From Flavobacteriales bacterium (lineage in GTDB: Bacteria; Bacteroidota; Bacteroidia; Flavobacteriales; Blattabacteriaceae), in the NCBI GenBank assembly GCA_039954875.1, contig CP157202.1:552762-616761 (forward strand): DNA of 64,000 bases, written 5' to 3'. Position numbers and translations under genes: made by a program. The stretch's first letter is position 1. The number at the start of each line of letters is the position of its first letter. Below are positions 41,567 to 52,715 of this stretch, in pieces. The notes below the pieces were generated by a model, which ran no database searches, was not told where the DNA came from, and saw nothing but the letters and a program-made list of their open reading frames with translations.

Positions 41567-44200
41567 TTAACGGCTCAAATGCTCTAGTTGTGCCTCTAGT
41601 AGCTGTATCCTTTGCAAAGTATCAGATTCCTTTTTACGTTCTGAAATCACAACATTACTAGGAGCAGAGGAGACAAAACGATCATTGGAAAGTTTTTTGC
41701 GCGCTATCGATAAAAAACCCTGTTGGTAATTGAGTTCTTTTTGTAATTTCTCGATTTCAGTAGGCAAATCGACGTTTTGCCCCATAGGGATAAAATACTC
41801 ATCGGTACCTAAAAGGAAGGAAAAAGTGGCTTCTTTAGGTTCTTCTTCCACATAAATTAATTCAGAAAGATGAGCCAATTTTAAAATCATCGGATCAAAT
41901 AAAGCCTGTTGGCTTTTAGTTAATACGTTCAAGGTAAGCAACTCTTTGTGAGGAATATTTTGAGATTTGCGCATCGCACGCACTTGTCCAATGACTTGAG
42001 TAGCCTTCTCAAATTGGTCCAAAATCATTGCATCATATGATTTGGTTTCAGGCCAAGGAGTGATGATCAAAGCTTCTCCAACCGAACGCGGCTTGAGATA
42101 TTGCCAGGTTTCTTCAGTTATGAATGGCATATATGGATGTAAGAGCTTGAGTATATTTTCAAACCATCCGACCGTTTTAGAAAGGACGCTCAATGGTAAA
42201 ATCTCACCAAAATCCGGCTTGATTATCTCGAGATACCAAGCACAAAAATCGTCCCAGAGGAGTTTATATATCTCCATCAATGCATCAGAGATCCTATAAG
42301 TCAAGAAAGCTTTCTCGACCCGTGTCAGGGCTTGATGAAATCTATGTTGAAACCATTCGAGTGCGACTTGATTCAATTCTGATGTCTCAATATATTTATC
42401 TGATTTCCAGCTCATTATTAATCTAAAAGCGTTCCAGATCTTATTAGCGAAATTCCTACCCTGTAGGCAGAGATGTTCATCAAAAAGCAGATCATTGCCA
42501 GCATGGGTACTAAGCAAAAGCCCCACACGGACGCCATCGGCTCCATATTTATTAATCAAATCAATCGGATCTGGAGAATTACCTAAGGATTTGGACATTT
42601 TCCTGCGTTGCTTATCTCTGACGATACCGGTGAAATAGACATTGGTAAAAGGTCTCTTCTTTCTAAAGGCATATCCACTCATGATCATACGGGCCACCCA
42701 AAAAAATAAAATATCAGGCCCAGTGACTAAATCTTGGGTAGGATAGTAATAAGACACTTCACGATTGTCCGGATGACGTATCCCATCAAAAACAGAAATC
42801 GGCCAAATCCATGAGGAAAACCAAGTATCCAAAACATCCGGGTCTTGTCGGAATTGCCCGAGAGTCAAATCATGGTTAGTAGTCTTTTCACGAGCAATTT
42901 GCAAAGCCTCTTCAGTGGTCTCAGCCACAACGAAATCCTCCCAGCCTTCACCGTAATAATAAACCGGGATACGATGGCCCCACCAGAGCTGACGTGAGAT
43001 ATTCCAATCGCGTACATCTCCCATCCAATACCTGTAGATATTTTTAAATTTATCCGGGTAGAATTGAATCGTTCCATCCATCACTGCTTCCAAAGCAGGA
43101 ACAACGATTTCACGCATTTTGAGAAACCATTGTACAGACAATCTCGGCTCGATCACAGTCTTGGTACGTTCCGACACTCCAACCTTATGATCATAATCTT
43201 CTACCTTAACCAAAACACCCAACTGCTGAAGCTCCTTAACGATCTCCTGACGCACTTCAAAACGATCTTTACCTTGATAATGAAGTCCTTTTTCATTAAT
43301 AGTTGCATCGTCATAAAAGATATCAATAAACCCTAAACCATGCCGATCTGCCAGTGCTTTATCATTGGCATCATGAGCGGGTGTCACTTTCAGGCATCCT
43401 GTACCAAAAGTCCTATCGACATAATCATCTTCAATGATGGGTACCACACGATCTACTACAGGTACGATGACTTTCTTCCCTTTCAAATGAGCATAACGCT
43501 CGTCCTTCGGGTGTACACAAACAGCCGTATCACCCAAGATTGTCTCAGGTCTCGTGGTAGCAATGGTAATAAAAATATCCTCATTTTCAACCTTATATTT
43601 CAAATGATACAACTTACCTTGACGCTCCTCGTAAACAACCTCTTCATCCGAAACAGTGGTCTTGGCTTCTGGATCCCAATGCACCATACGATGACCTTTA
43701 TATATCAACCCTCTATAATATAAATCGACAAAAACCTTGGTGACAGCTTGAGACAATTCTTCATCCATTGTAAATTTCGTACGATCCCAATCACAAGAAC
43801 ATCCTAATTTCTTCAACTGTTCGAGGATGATGCCCCCATGTTTGTGTGCCCAACTCCAAGCACGATCCAAAAATGCTTCCCGACTCAAATCGGATTTAGA
43901 AAGACCTTCTTTTTTTAATTGAGCCACAATCTTGGCTTCAGTAGCGATAGAAGCATGATCTGTGCCCGGTACCCAACAGGCATTATAACCCTTCATCCTA
44001 GCCCGACGGATCAAAACATCCTGTATGGTATTATTGAGCATATGTCCCATATGGAGCACACCGGTGACATTGGGTGGAGGGATCACCAACGTATAAGGCT
44101 CTTTATCATTAGGCGCCGAATAGAAATAATGCCCTTCAAGCCAATAAGTATATCTCTTTTCTTCTGTAGATTTTGGGTTGTATCTGGTAGGGATTTCCAT
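41567..44200 (-). CDS. valS: Valine-tRNA ligase
   Basis: 877 aa. HIGH motif (PNVTGVLHMGH), KMSKS, and a C-terminal coiled coil. Confidence 0.96.
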   Translation of the reverse strand: MEIPTRYNPKSTEEKRYTYWLEGHYFYSAPNDKEPYTLVIPPPNVTGVLHMGHMLNNTIQDVLIRRARMKGYNACWVPGTDHASIATEAKIVAQLKKEGLSKSDLSREAFLDRAWSWAHKHGGIILEQLKKLGCSCDWDRTKFTMDEELSQAVTKVFVDLYYRGLIYKGHRMVHWDPEAKTTVSDEEVVYEERQGKLYHLKYKVENEDIFITIATTRPETILGDTAVCVHPKDERYAHLKGKKVIVPVVDRVVPIIEDDYVDRTFGTGCLKVTPAHDANDKALADRHGLGFIDIFYDDATINEKGLHYQGKDRFEVRQEIVKELQQLGVLVKVEDYDHKVGVSERTKTVIEPRLSVQWFLKMREIVVPALEAVMDGTIQFYPDKFKNIYRYWMGDVRDWNISRQLWWGHRIPVYYYGEGWEDFVVAETTEEALQIAREKTTNHDLTLGQFRQDPDVLDTWFSSWIWPISVFDGIRHPDNREVSYYYPTQDLVTGPDILFFWVARMIMSGYAFRKKRPFTNVYFTGIVRDKQRRKMSKSLGNSPDPIDLINKYGADGVRVGLLLSTHAGNDLLFDEHLCLQGRNFANKIWNAFRLIMSWKSDKYIETSELNQVALEWFQHRFHQALTRVEKAFLTYRISDALMEIYKLLWDDFCAWYLEIIKPDFGEILPLSVLSKTVGWFENILKLLHPYMPFITEETWQYLKPRSVGEALIITPWPETKSYDAMILDQFEKATQVIGQVRAMRKSQNIPHKELLTLNVLTKSQQALFDPMILKLAHLSELIYVEEEPKEATFSFLLGTDEYFIPMGQNVDLPTEIEKLQKELNYQQGFLSIARKKLSNDRFVSSAPSNVVISERKKESDTLQRIQLLEAQLEHLSR

Positions 44201-44306
44201 AGTTTATCGAGCTGTTTTTTTTGAAAATATTTCGAACGAATGAAGGAGTAAATCTAAAACTTTAAGATATTTTGACTACATTTGACATGACTAAAAAATA
44301 AAAATT

Positions 44307-44675
44307 ATGAAAAAAAACTTCTTTACTATTGTCCTAAGCATTCTAGGATGGGTCGCCGATTCTGCTCAAAAAATTGAATTCAAAAAAGAGACTATCGACT
44401 ATGGAGAGATCAATAAAGGAAGCAATGGCGAACGCGTTTTCGAATTTAAAAATGTCGGGGAAAAACCACTCATTTTATCCAACGTATCAACCTCTTGCGG
44501 CTGTACTATTCCAAATTGGTCCAAGCAACCTATTGCTCCTAATCAAACGGGAGAAATCTCCGTAAAATATGATACCCAACGTCTAGGTGCATTTCATAAA
44601 AATATTACGATATTTTCCAACGTATCTAAAGAGGGCCGCAAAGTCCTATGGATCAAAGGAGAGGTCATAGAGTAA
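44307..44675 (+). CDS. DUF1573 domain-containing protein
   Basis: 122 aa. Signal peptide followed by FKNVGEKPLILSNVSTSCGCTIPNWSKQPIAPNQTGEISVKYD. Confidence 0.85.
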   Translation: MKKNFFTIVLSILGWVADSAQKIEFKKETIDYGEINKGSNGERVFEFKNVGEKPLILSNVSTSCGCTIPNWSKQPIAPNQTGEISVKYDTQRLGAFHKNITIFSNVSKEGRKVLWIKGEVIE

Positions 44676-44872
44676 CTGTTAAAGACCAAGTAAAGTTTAC
44701 CCATTTGAAGAAGAGGTTTATTGATATTTCACAAATATGTTTTCATTATCAATCCAACCTAAATCCGTGACGCATAAAAGGTGTCTCTCAGTATGTCTTA
44801 TGTGGGGTATGCCTAAACCCTGAGTATTTACCTCAAATTAAACCTACTATATCCTATCTTATTTGGTTAAAA

Positions 44873-45274
44873 TTATGCCGAAACGAGCCGCCGGCCCACC
44901 CCTTTCAAAGATTTATTATTTTTCCAACCTCTCTTCCGCCTTATACAGGCGGAGATAAAGGGAAATACTAACCCAATCTGAAACAATAACTTAGGATGTT
45001 TCATCGCGGTTCGATATAAAAATTTAATACTGTTGAATAAAATAGCTGGTGTAAAAAATTGATTTTTGAAGAATTGTAGCACTACGCTATACCCGTCTTT
45101 AGTAGCACTCAGGTGGTCATACGCTATATGCTTACCTCTGAAAAAAAAAATAAAAAAGTTCGCATACCAGGATTTTTCATAAGAATCAACTTGACAACTA
45201 AGCATCTTCATTGCTTTCTTCAGATCCTTATAGTTTTTGATATTTTTATTCATAACATAAGGCATATCACTCAT
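44873..45274 (-). CDS. Hypothetical protein (third gene of the YtxH cluster)
   Basis: 133 aa with no recognisable motif. It overlaps the upstream gene by 8 nt, suggesting an operon. Confidence 0.45.
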   Translation of the reverse strand: MSDMPYVMNKNIKNYKDLKKAMKMLSCQVDSYEKSWYANFFIFFFRGKHIAYDHLSATKDGYSVVLQFFKNQFFTPAILFNSIKFLYRTAMKHPKLLFQIGLVFPFISACIRRKRGWKNNKSLKGVGRRLVSA

Positions 45275-45599
45275 TTTCCATACCTGATTTCCTAAAAACC
45301 GACCGGGTTAAAAAATCTTTAAGAAAACGATCCAATAAAGTCTTGCGAAATACTAAGGATACAACAGCCAACAATGCGTACATCCCCGTCATAATACCAA
45401 ATATCAGAGTATAGCTATTATAATGATATCCTATCCACAGAGCCAAGACGATACTTCCTAATACCATAGTTAGTATACAGAACAAAAGGAATAAAAACTC
45501 AGCCAAAATAGTTGTTAATATACTTACAATAAGCTCTATCCCTTTGTATTTGATAAGGGTGATCCTCTTGGAGAGATAATTTTTTAAACCCCTAAACAT
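45267..45599 (-). CDS. Small two-TM membrane protein (phage-holin-family-like / DUF1469-like)
   Basis: 110 aa. Two long hydrophobic helices flanked by basic termini. Confidence 0.55.
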   Translation of the reverse strand: MFRGLKNYLSKRITLIKYKGIELIVSILTTILAEFLFLLFCILTMVLGSIVLALWIGYHYNSYTLIFGIMTGMYALLAVVSLVFRKTLLDRFLKDFLTRSVFRKSGMENE

Positions 45600-45630
45600 A
45601 ACTACTTATGTATAAGTAAACACAACTGTA

Positions 45631-45903
45631 TCAAGTACCCAGTTCATCCTCTATATCATCGACCTTGTCTGCTAATTCATCCTTGGATTTATGCCACTTC
45701 GACTGTAAATTTGATTGGATATCCCGGACCTTGTCGCTCGATTTTTTTATAGCATTCTTTAAAATATCTTTGAGCTCTTCGGCTTTTTTACCTATTTTTT
45801 TTCGGGTTTTACAACCCTTTTCAGGTGCCAAGATTAGACCGGCGACCATACTAGCCACCACTCCCAGAATCACCCCCCCTAAAAAAAAAACACTTTTTTT
45901 CAT
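45631..45903 (-). CDS. YtxH domain-containing protein
   Basis: MKKSVFFLGGVILGVVASMVAGLILAPEKG.KTRKKI followed by a charged helix. The start is at 45903. The first 11 codons contain A7, T10 and G7 runs. Confidence 0.8.
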   Translation of the reverse strand: MKKSVFFLGGVILGVVASMVAGLILAPEKGCKTRKKIGKKAEELKDILKNAIKKSSDKVRDIQSNLQSKWHKSKDELADKVDDIEDELGT

Positions 45904-46030
45904 AACAATATCCCTATTAATCCCCTTAGTATATATATATATATGACTTCTTCGTTTTTTTAAAGAAAATATACTGGCCAAATGTACATATAAAAATCCA
46001 TAACTTTACCCTTTTCAAATACTTAAGTTT

Positions 46031-47229
46031 ATGTCAAAGTTTTCTATTAAAGGTAGAGGGATGCCTTCATCACCTATAAAGGAAACTCACCACCATTACG
46101 GATCGAGCTAAAAAGAATAAAATCAAGATTTATCACCTAAATATCGGGAAACCCGACATCGTTACACTTGATATAGCCTTGGGAGGTATGCGGAAAATAG
46201 ATATCAAAACTCTAGCCTATAGTTCTTGTGAAGGATTTGAAAATTATTACGAAAGGTTCGTCGAATATTATGCCGAGCAAAATCTTTATTTCTCAGAAGA
46301 TGAGTTGATCATCACTACCGGAGGGTTTAAGGCTATATATTTTATATTGGGAAGCATTACTTATCCAGGAGATGAGATTCATCAGCTCAGAACCTTTTTA
46401 TGTTAATTACAATAAGATGGCTACCATGTACAGAGTGAAAATCGTCCCAGTCACTTCAACCATCGAAGAAAACTTTGCACTTCTATCAATTGATACATTG
46501 AAAAAGAAAATTAATCCTCTTACCAAAGCGATCTTGATTTGTAAGTCTGACACCCCCATCGGTTACCTATACACCGAAGAAGAACTACGCCAGTTCAAAG
46601 AGTTTGTCATCCAACATTACCTCTTCCTCCGGGAAGAAGAAGTATACCAAGAATTTGCATACGACGACGCAAAATACTATTCGGTTTTAAAGATCGAAGG
46701 TTTGGAAAAACATCTATTGATCATCGATTTGATCTCCAAGCGCTACAGCATGTATGGTGATTGGATGGGTTGCATTACATCCAAAAATCAGGAATTGATC
46801 TCTTGTATATTGAAATTTGTCCAAGTACGCCTCAGATCACTTTCATTGGTACAGATCGCCACAGAGGTAACTGTAGACACTTCAAATACCTGTTTTAAAG
46901 AAGTCATCCGAGAATACACTTCTCGGTGGAATAACTTACTCGAGGGCTTGAATCAGATCAACGACGTCCAGTGTAATCGATCCTAAGAAGTTTTCTATTG
47001 TATGGTAGAACTCCTAGTAGATGATGCAGAGGTGTTTGCTCAATGGCTTTTGAAATATTTTCATCACAAAGAATAGACAGAAATGGTAGCCCCTACCAAT
47101 GCATTTTATGCCACACCTGGATTAGATAAAAGACAAATATGTCTGGCCTATGTACTCAAGGAACCCGATCTAAAAAAAGCTATTTAAGTGTTACAACAAG
47201 CCTTAATGCACTATCTAGGCGAAATTTGA
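46031..47229 (+). pseudogene. Class I/II (aspartate-type) PLP-dependent aminotransferase, decayed
   Basis: Collinear across three frames: MSKFSIKGRGMPSSPIKE, IYHLNIG.PDIVT, LAYSSCEGF, LIITTGGFKAIYF, YPGDEI, EPFYVNYN, KAILICKSDTPIGYLY (from NP.NPTG), LREEEVYQEF (from DEVY), SKRYSMYGDWMG, and VAPTNAFYATPGLDKRQICLAYVL. It has several stops and frameshifts. Confidence 0.75.
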
Positions 47230-47235
47230 AGAATC

Positions 47236-48255
47236 ATGAAGATTAGCGAAAATGTTTCACTGAAACCCTTAAATACTTTTGGTTTAGACGTCAAGGCCCG
47301 TTATTTCGTAGAAATTCATAAGATAGAAGATCTACATGCCATCTTTGCCCATCCCAAACTTCGCCTATTGCCCAGGCTAGTCTTAGGTGGTGGTGGCAAT
47401 GTACTATTTACTAAAGATTTTGAAGGTATGATCCTAAAGATCAATTTGAAAGGTCGAGAGATCCTCGAAGAAAATGAGACTAAAGTCATTATAAAAATTT
47501 CTGCCGGTGAGATTTGGCACGACTTAGTCTGCTGGGCTATTGATCAAGGATTTGGCGGTTTGGAAAACCTCTCTCTCATCCCCGGTACAGTAGGTGCTGC
47601 ACCTATACAAAATATTGGCGCCTATGGAGTAGAACTCAAAGACAGTCTAGTATCGTTGCAAGTATATGAAATTACCAAAGGAAAACTTAAAAACTTTTCC
47701 CGTGAAGCTTGCCAACTGGGTTATCGTGACTCCATTTTCAAAAATGAATGGCAAGATCAATACATCATCTTATCAGTCTTACTAATTCTACAAAAAAAAA
47801 ATTTTATACTGAATACCTCTTACGGGATGATTCAAAAAGAATTGGAAAATATGTATGTGACACAACCGACGATTAAGACCATCAGTCAAGCCGTGATAAA
47901 CATCCGGAAAAGTAAACTCGCCGACCCAGCAAAAATCGGAAATGGAGGCAGTTTTTTCAAAAATCCTACTGTAATGCAACAGCATTATGAAAAATTAATC
48001 AGCCATTACCCCGATATCATCAGCTACCCCGTATCGGCAAACCAGATGAAGTTGGCCGCCGGACAGTTGATTGAAAAATGCGGATGGAAAGGGAAAAGAT
48101 TGGGACAGACAGGTGTTTATGAGAAACAAGCCCTGGTCTTAGTCAACTACGGGGGGGCTGATGGCAGACAGATCTATGCATTTTCAGAGAAGATCATCAA
48201 AGATGTTCAAGAAAAATTTGGTATCACCCTCGAACGGGAAGTACGAGTAGTCTAA
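47236..48255 (+). CDS. murB: UDP-N-acetylenolpyruvoylglucosamine reductase
   Basis: 339 aa. Contains LNTFGL, FAD-binding VLGGGGNVLF, GLENLSLIPGTVGAAPIQNIGAYG, and SFFKNP. Confidence 0.93.
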   Translation: MKISENVSLKPLNTFGLDVKARYFVEIHKIEDLHAIFAHPKLRLLPRLVLGGGGNVLFTKDFEGMILKINLKGREILEENETKVIIKISAGEIWHDLVCWAIDQGFGGLENLSLIPGTVGAAPIQNIGAYGVELKDSLVSLQVYEITKGKLKNFSREACQLGYRDSIFKNEWQDQYIILSVLLILQKKNFILNTSYGMIQKELENMYVTQPTIKTISQAVINIRKSKLADPAKIGNGGSFFKNPTVMQQHYEKLISHYPDIISYPVSANQMKLAAGQLIEKCGWKGKRLGQTGVYEKQALVLVNYGGADGRQIYAFSEKIIKDVQEKFGITLEREVRVV

Positions 48256-48269
48256 GAAGTCTAAAATAT

Positions 48270-49367
48270 ATGGAAATGACTCCATCAAGAAGAACTTTAC
48301 TAAAAAACAGTCTTTTGCGCTGCTTGGTCGGTCAACCCCTATCATGGGGGTATAGAACGGTTACCACCCTGAGAAATCATCTCTATGATAAAGCTTGGAT
48401 CCCATCGACATCTTTCCCCCTCCCTATCCTCTGCATCGGTAATCTGAGTCTAGGCGGTACAGGAAAAACCCCCCATACAGAATACTTAATCCGTCTCTTG
48501 AAAGAAAAATACAAGACAGCCGTTCTGAGCCGCGGATATAGGCGAAAAAGCCAGGGCTTCGTATGGGCTGATAACACCTCTACCACAGCAGATATTGGGG
48601 ATGAATCTTTGCAATATTTCAAAAAATTCGACGGAGAGATCAGTGTAGCTGTAGACGAAGACAGGGTTCACGGAATCAGGGCATTGATACAGTTGGTAGC
48701 TCCTGAAGTGGTTTTGCTTGATGACGGTTTTCAACACCGCTGTGTCCGAGCTAGTTATAATATACTACTTACCGGCTACGATCACTTATATTGCGATGAT
48801 TACTTATTACCACTAGGCACCTTACGTGAAGGTAAGGAAAACACCAAAAGAGCTGATATTATCATCGTAACGAAATGTCCTGAAAACTTAGACAAAAAAC
48901 ATCAAGAAGAAATTATAAAACAACTTAGGCCAGAAAGAATACAACATGTCTTCTTTTCCTCTATAAAGTACGCAGATACGCTGCGAGCCAAAGAGAAAAA
49001 ATTACACTTCAAAGAGTTAGAAAAAATGCATATCTTGCTCGTGACAGGTATTGCCGATGCACAACCTATCCTGGATTTTATGAAAAGCAAAGTTTCCAAA
49101 ATCATTTATTTAAATTATCCAGATCATCATGCCTTCACTAATAAAAATTATTCGCATATTTGTAATTCATTTGCAATGATGCAAACAAGTAAGATCATTG
49201 TAACAACGGAAAAGGATTACATGCGGATGGACCTCTCTCAATTGCAAGATCTACCAGTGTTTTACCTTCCGATTTCTATTCAGATATACAAACGAAAACA
49301 ATTTGATGAAAAAATTTTGCACCATGTTGACACAACTCAAGCAAACCACCGAATATCTTCAAAGTAA
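48270..49367 (+). CDS. lpxK: Tetraacyldisaccharide 4'-kinase
   Basis: 365 aa. P-loop GNLSLGGTGKTP, SRGYRRKS, and LLDDGFQH. Confidence 0.9.
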   Translation: MEMTPSRRTLLKNSLLRCLVGQPLSWGYRTVTTLRNHLYDKAWIPSTSFPLPILCIGNLSLGGTGKTPHTEYLIRLLKEKYKTAVLSRGYRRKSQGFVWADNTSTTADIGDESLQYFKKFDGEISVAVDEDRVHGIRALIQLVAPEVVLLDDGFQHRCVRASYNILLTGYDHLYCDDYLLPLGTLREGKENTKRADIIIVTKCPENLDKKHQEEIIKQLRPERIQHVFFSSIKYADTLRAKEKKLHFKELEKMHILLVTGIADAQPILDFMKSKVSKIIYLNYPDHHAFTNKNYSHICNSFAMMQTSKIIVTTEKDYMRMDLSQLQDLPVFYLPISIQIYKRKQFDEKILHHVDTTQANHRISSK

Positions 49368-50151
49368 AATTAAGGAACAATCCGATTTTGTCATTGTATT
49401 AGGTTCTGGATTAGGTAAATTGACAGACGAGATAGAAGACCCTCTTTCTATCCCTTACGATGAGATCCCCAATTTCCCTAATACCGCAGTTCAGGGACAT
49501 TTAGGAAAGTTGATCTATGGAAAAATCCACGACAAAAAAGTGTTAGTCATGTCTGGACGTTTTCACTATTACGAAGGGCATTCAATGTCTACGGTAGTCT
49601 TTCCTATACGGGTATTCAAAATGCTTAATATTAATAAATTGATCTTATCAAACGCATCCGGTGGTGTAAACCCTAGCTTTAAAGTCGGTGATGTGATGTT
49701 GATTGAAGATCATATCAATATGATGCTAGAAAATCCACTCAGAGGACCCAATATAGATACTTTAGGCCCACGCTTTGTCAATATGAACGAACCCTATGAC
49801 AAAGAGATGATCAAAATAGCCGAAAACGTAGCCAAGAATCATAACATTTATATACATAAAGGGACTTATGTAGCCCTACAAGGACCTACCTTCGAAACAC
49901 CTGCGGAATACGGTATGGTGCAAAAGATCGGAGGGGATGCTGTAGGGATGAGCACCGTACCTGAAGTCATCGTAGCCAAACATATGGGGATGCGGGTTTT
50001 TGCACTGTCCGTCATCACTGATTTGGGAGGAGCTGATATGAAAGATAATTATTTCACTCATGAGGATGTATTGCATGTAGGCCATAAAGCCATGCCTTCG
50101 GTGATCTCGATTGTCAAGGGACTTATTCATTCTTTACCCCCCTCCTTTTGA
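49324..50151 (+). CDS. Purine nucleoside phosphorylase (PNP family)
   Basis: Contains VIVLGSGLG, GHLGKLIYG, SGRFHYYEG, GPRF, GPTFETPAE, and DAVGMSTVPE. The likely start MLTQLKQ is at 49324; the ORF track starts at 49303. It overlaps the lpxK 3' end. Confidence 0.9.
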   Translation: MLTQLKQTTEYLQSKIKEQSDFVIVLGSGLGKLTDEIEDPLSIPYDEIPNFPNTAVQGHLGKLIYGKIHDKKVLVMSGRFHYYEGHSMSTVVFPIRVFKMLNINKLILSNASGGVNPSFKVGDVMLIEDHINMMLENPLRGPNIDTLGPRFVNMNEPYDKEMIKIAENVAKNHNIYIHKGTYVALQGPTFETPAEYGMVQKIGGDAVGMSTVPEVIVAKHMGMRVFALSVITDLGGADMKDNYFTHEDVLHVGHKAMPSVISIVKGLIHSLPPSF

Positions 50152-50801
50152 TAGTCTTTTTCTCTTTTTCACACGCTCATTAGGCACGAGTAATAAGGGG
50201 GGGGGATAATTAAGGTTTTTAAGTCATATTTTGTGTGACACACACTCTTTCCCTCCCCTCCCCCTATAGGTTTTGGCACAAAAGTACTATGGCCAAATTG
50301 GGAACCGATGACGATCAATTCGTCATCCGATCGCGCATGGCTTTTTCTAAGATGATATCAGAAGGGAGGTCCTCGCGTAAAATGCTTTCATATAGCCATA
50401 CCTGGCTGTTTGACTTTTTCTACCATCTGTAAAATAGAATAAATGTTTTTTTTAGCTTCTAATGATTTATTTTATACTTTAGGTGTATATTTAATCAAAT
50501 ATCTGAGATCACATAAGCCGGGCAAGCCGGGCTCAATGAATATAAATAAATCAAGTTTGCCCTAGCTTCCATGAGTTGGGCATAAAGTTATATCTCTATC
50601 TCTACAATCTTCTGAGAAAACCCAGCCATATCTACGCAGATCAATATTTTATTTTTCTCTTTCATGGCTTTGTATGTTTGGTATTATAAATTTATAACTT
50701 TTTACTAAATGTATTATGTTACAACTTACTATAGTGAATATATCTTAAATAAAAAAAAGACTGCAGAGTTGTGGGGGGTAAAATTTTGATCCAAATTACT
50801 C

Positions 50802-52097
<1,296 letters not shown>

Positions 52098-52123
52098 TCA
52101 ATTTTTTTTGTAGAGAAACGTTT

Positions 52124-52162
52124 CAAAACAAAAAAGGATGTATCTACTCTGATCCATCCTCC
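52124..52162 (-). terminator. Rho-independent terminator after rplQ
   Basis: The minus-strand hairpin aggatg...catcct (52134-52160) is followed by a TTTTTTGTTTT run. Confidence 0.5.
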
Positions 52163-52229
52163 TGTTTTTCACAAAAAAAGATCATGACTTATATGAATAA
52201 GATGTTTCTCCTGTATAGGCTTCCGAAAC

Positions 52230-52703
52230 TTATTTTCGAACCTGGGGTTCCACACTTGTAGTAATTTCTTCTACAGTTGCTGCTTTCTTTGAAGGATGTT
52301 GACGTCGTGCTGTTTTCTTTTTAGCTTTATGGGTATTGTAGATCTCGTTGAAATCTACCAACTCAATCATGGCCATATCTGCACTATCTCCTGGACGAAA
52401 ACCAGTCTTTATGATACGTGTATATCCTCCAGGCCGATCGCTTACTTTTCGGGAAATCTCTCTAAAGAGTTCTGAAACGACTACTTTATTTTTTAAATAA
52501 CTAAAAATTAATCTTCTAGAATGGGTATTATCTTCTTTAGATTTCGTAATAATAGGTTCTACATAGTGCCTCAGCTCTTTGGCTTTGGCTAAAGTAGTAT
52601 GGATTCTCTTGTGTTCGATGAGTGCACCTGCCATGTTCGAAAGCATAGCTTTACGGTGAGAGGCAGTCCTTCCTAAGTGGTTAATCTTTTTGCCGTGTCT
52701 CAT
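52230..52703 (-). CDS. rplQ: 50S ribosomal protein L17
   Basis: 157 aa. [21 protein letters not shown]... Confidence 0.95.
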   Translation of the reverse strand: MRHGKKINHLGRTASHRKAMLSNMAGALIEHKRIHTTLAKAKELRHYVEPIITKSKEDNTHSRRLIFSYLKNKVVVSELFREISRKVSDRPGGYTRIIKTGFRPGDSADMAMIELVDFNEIYNTHKAKKKTARRQHPSKKAATVEEITTSVEPQVRK

Positions 52704-52715
52704 GTGATCTTAAGT

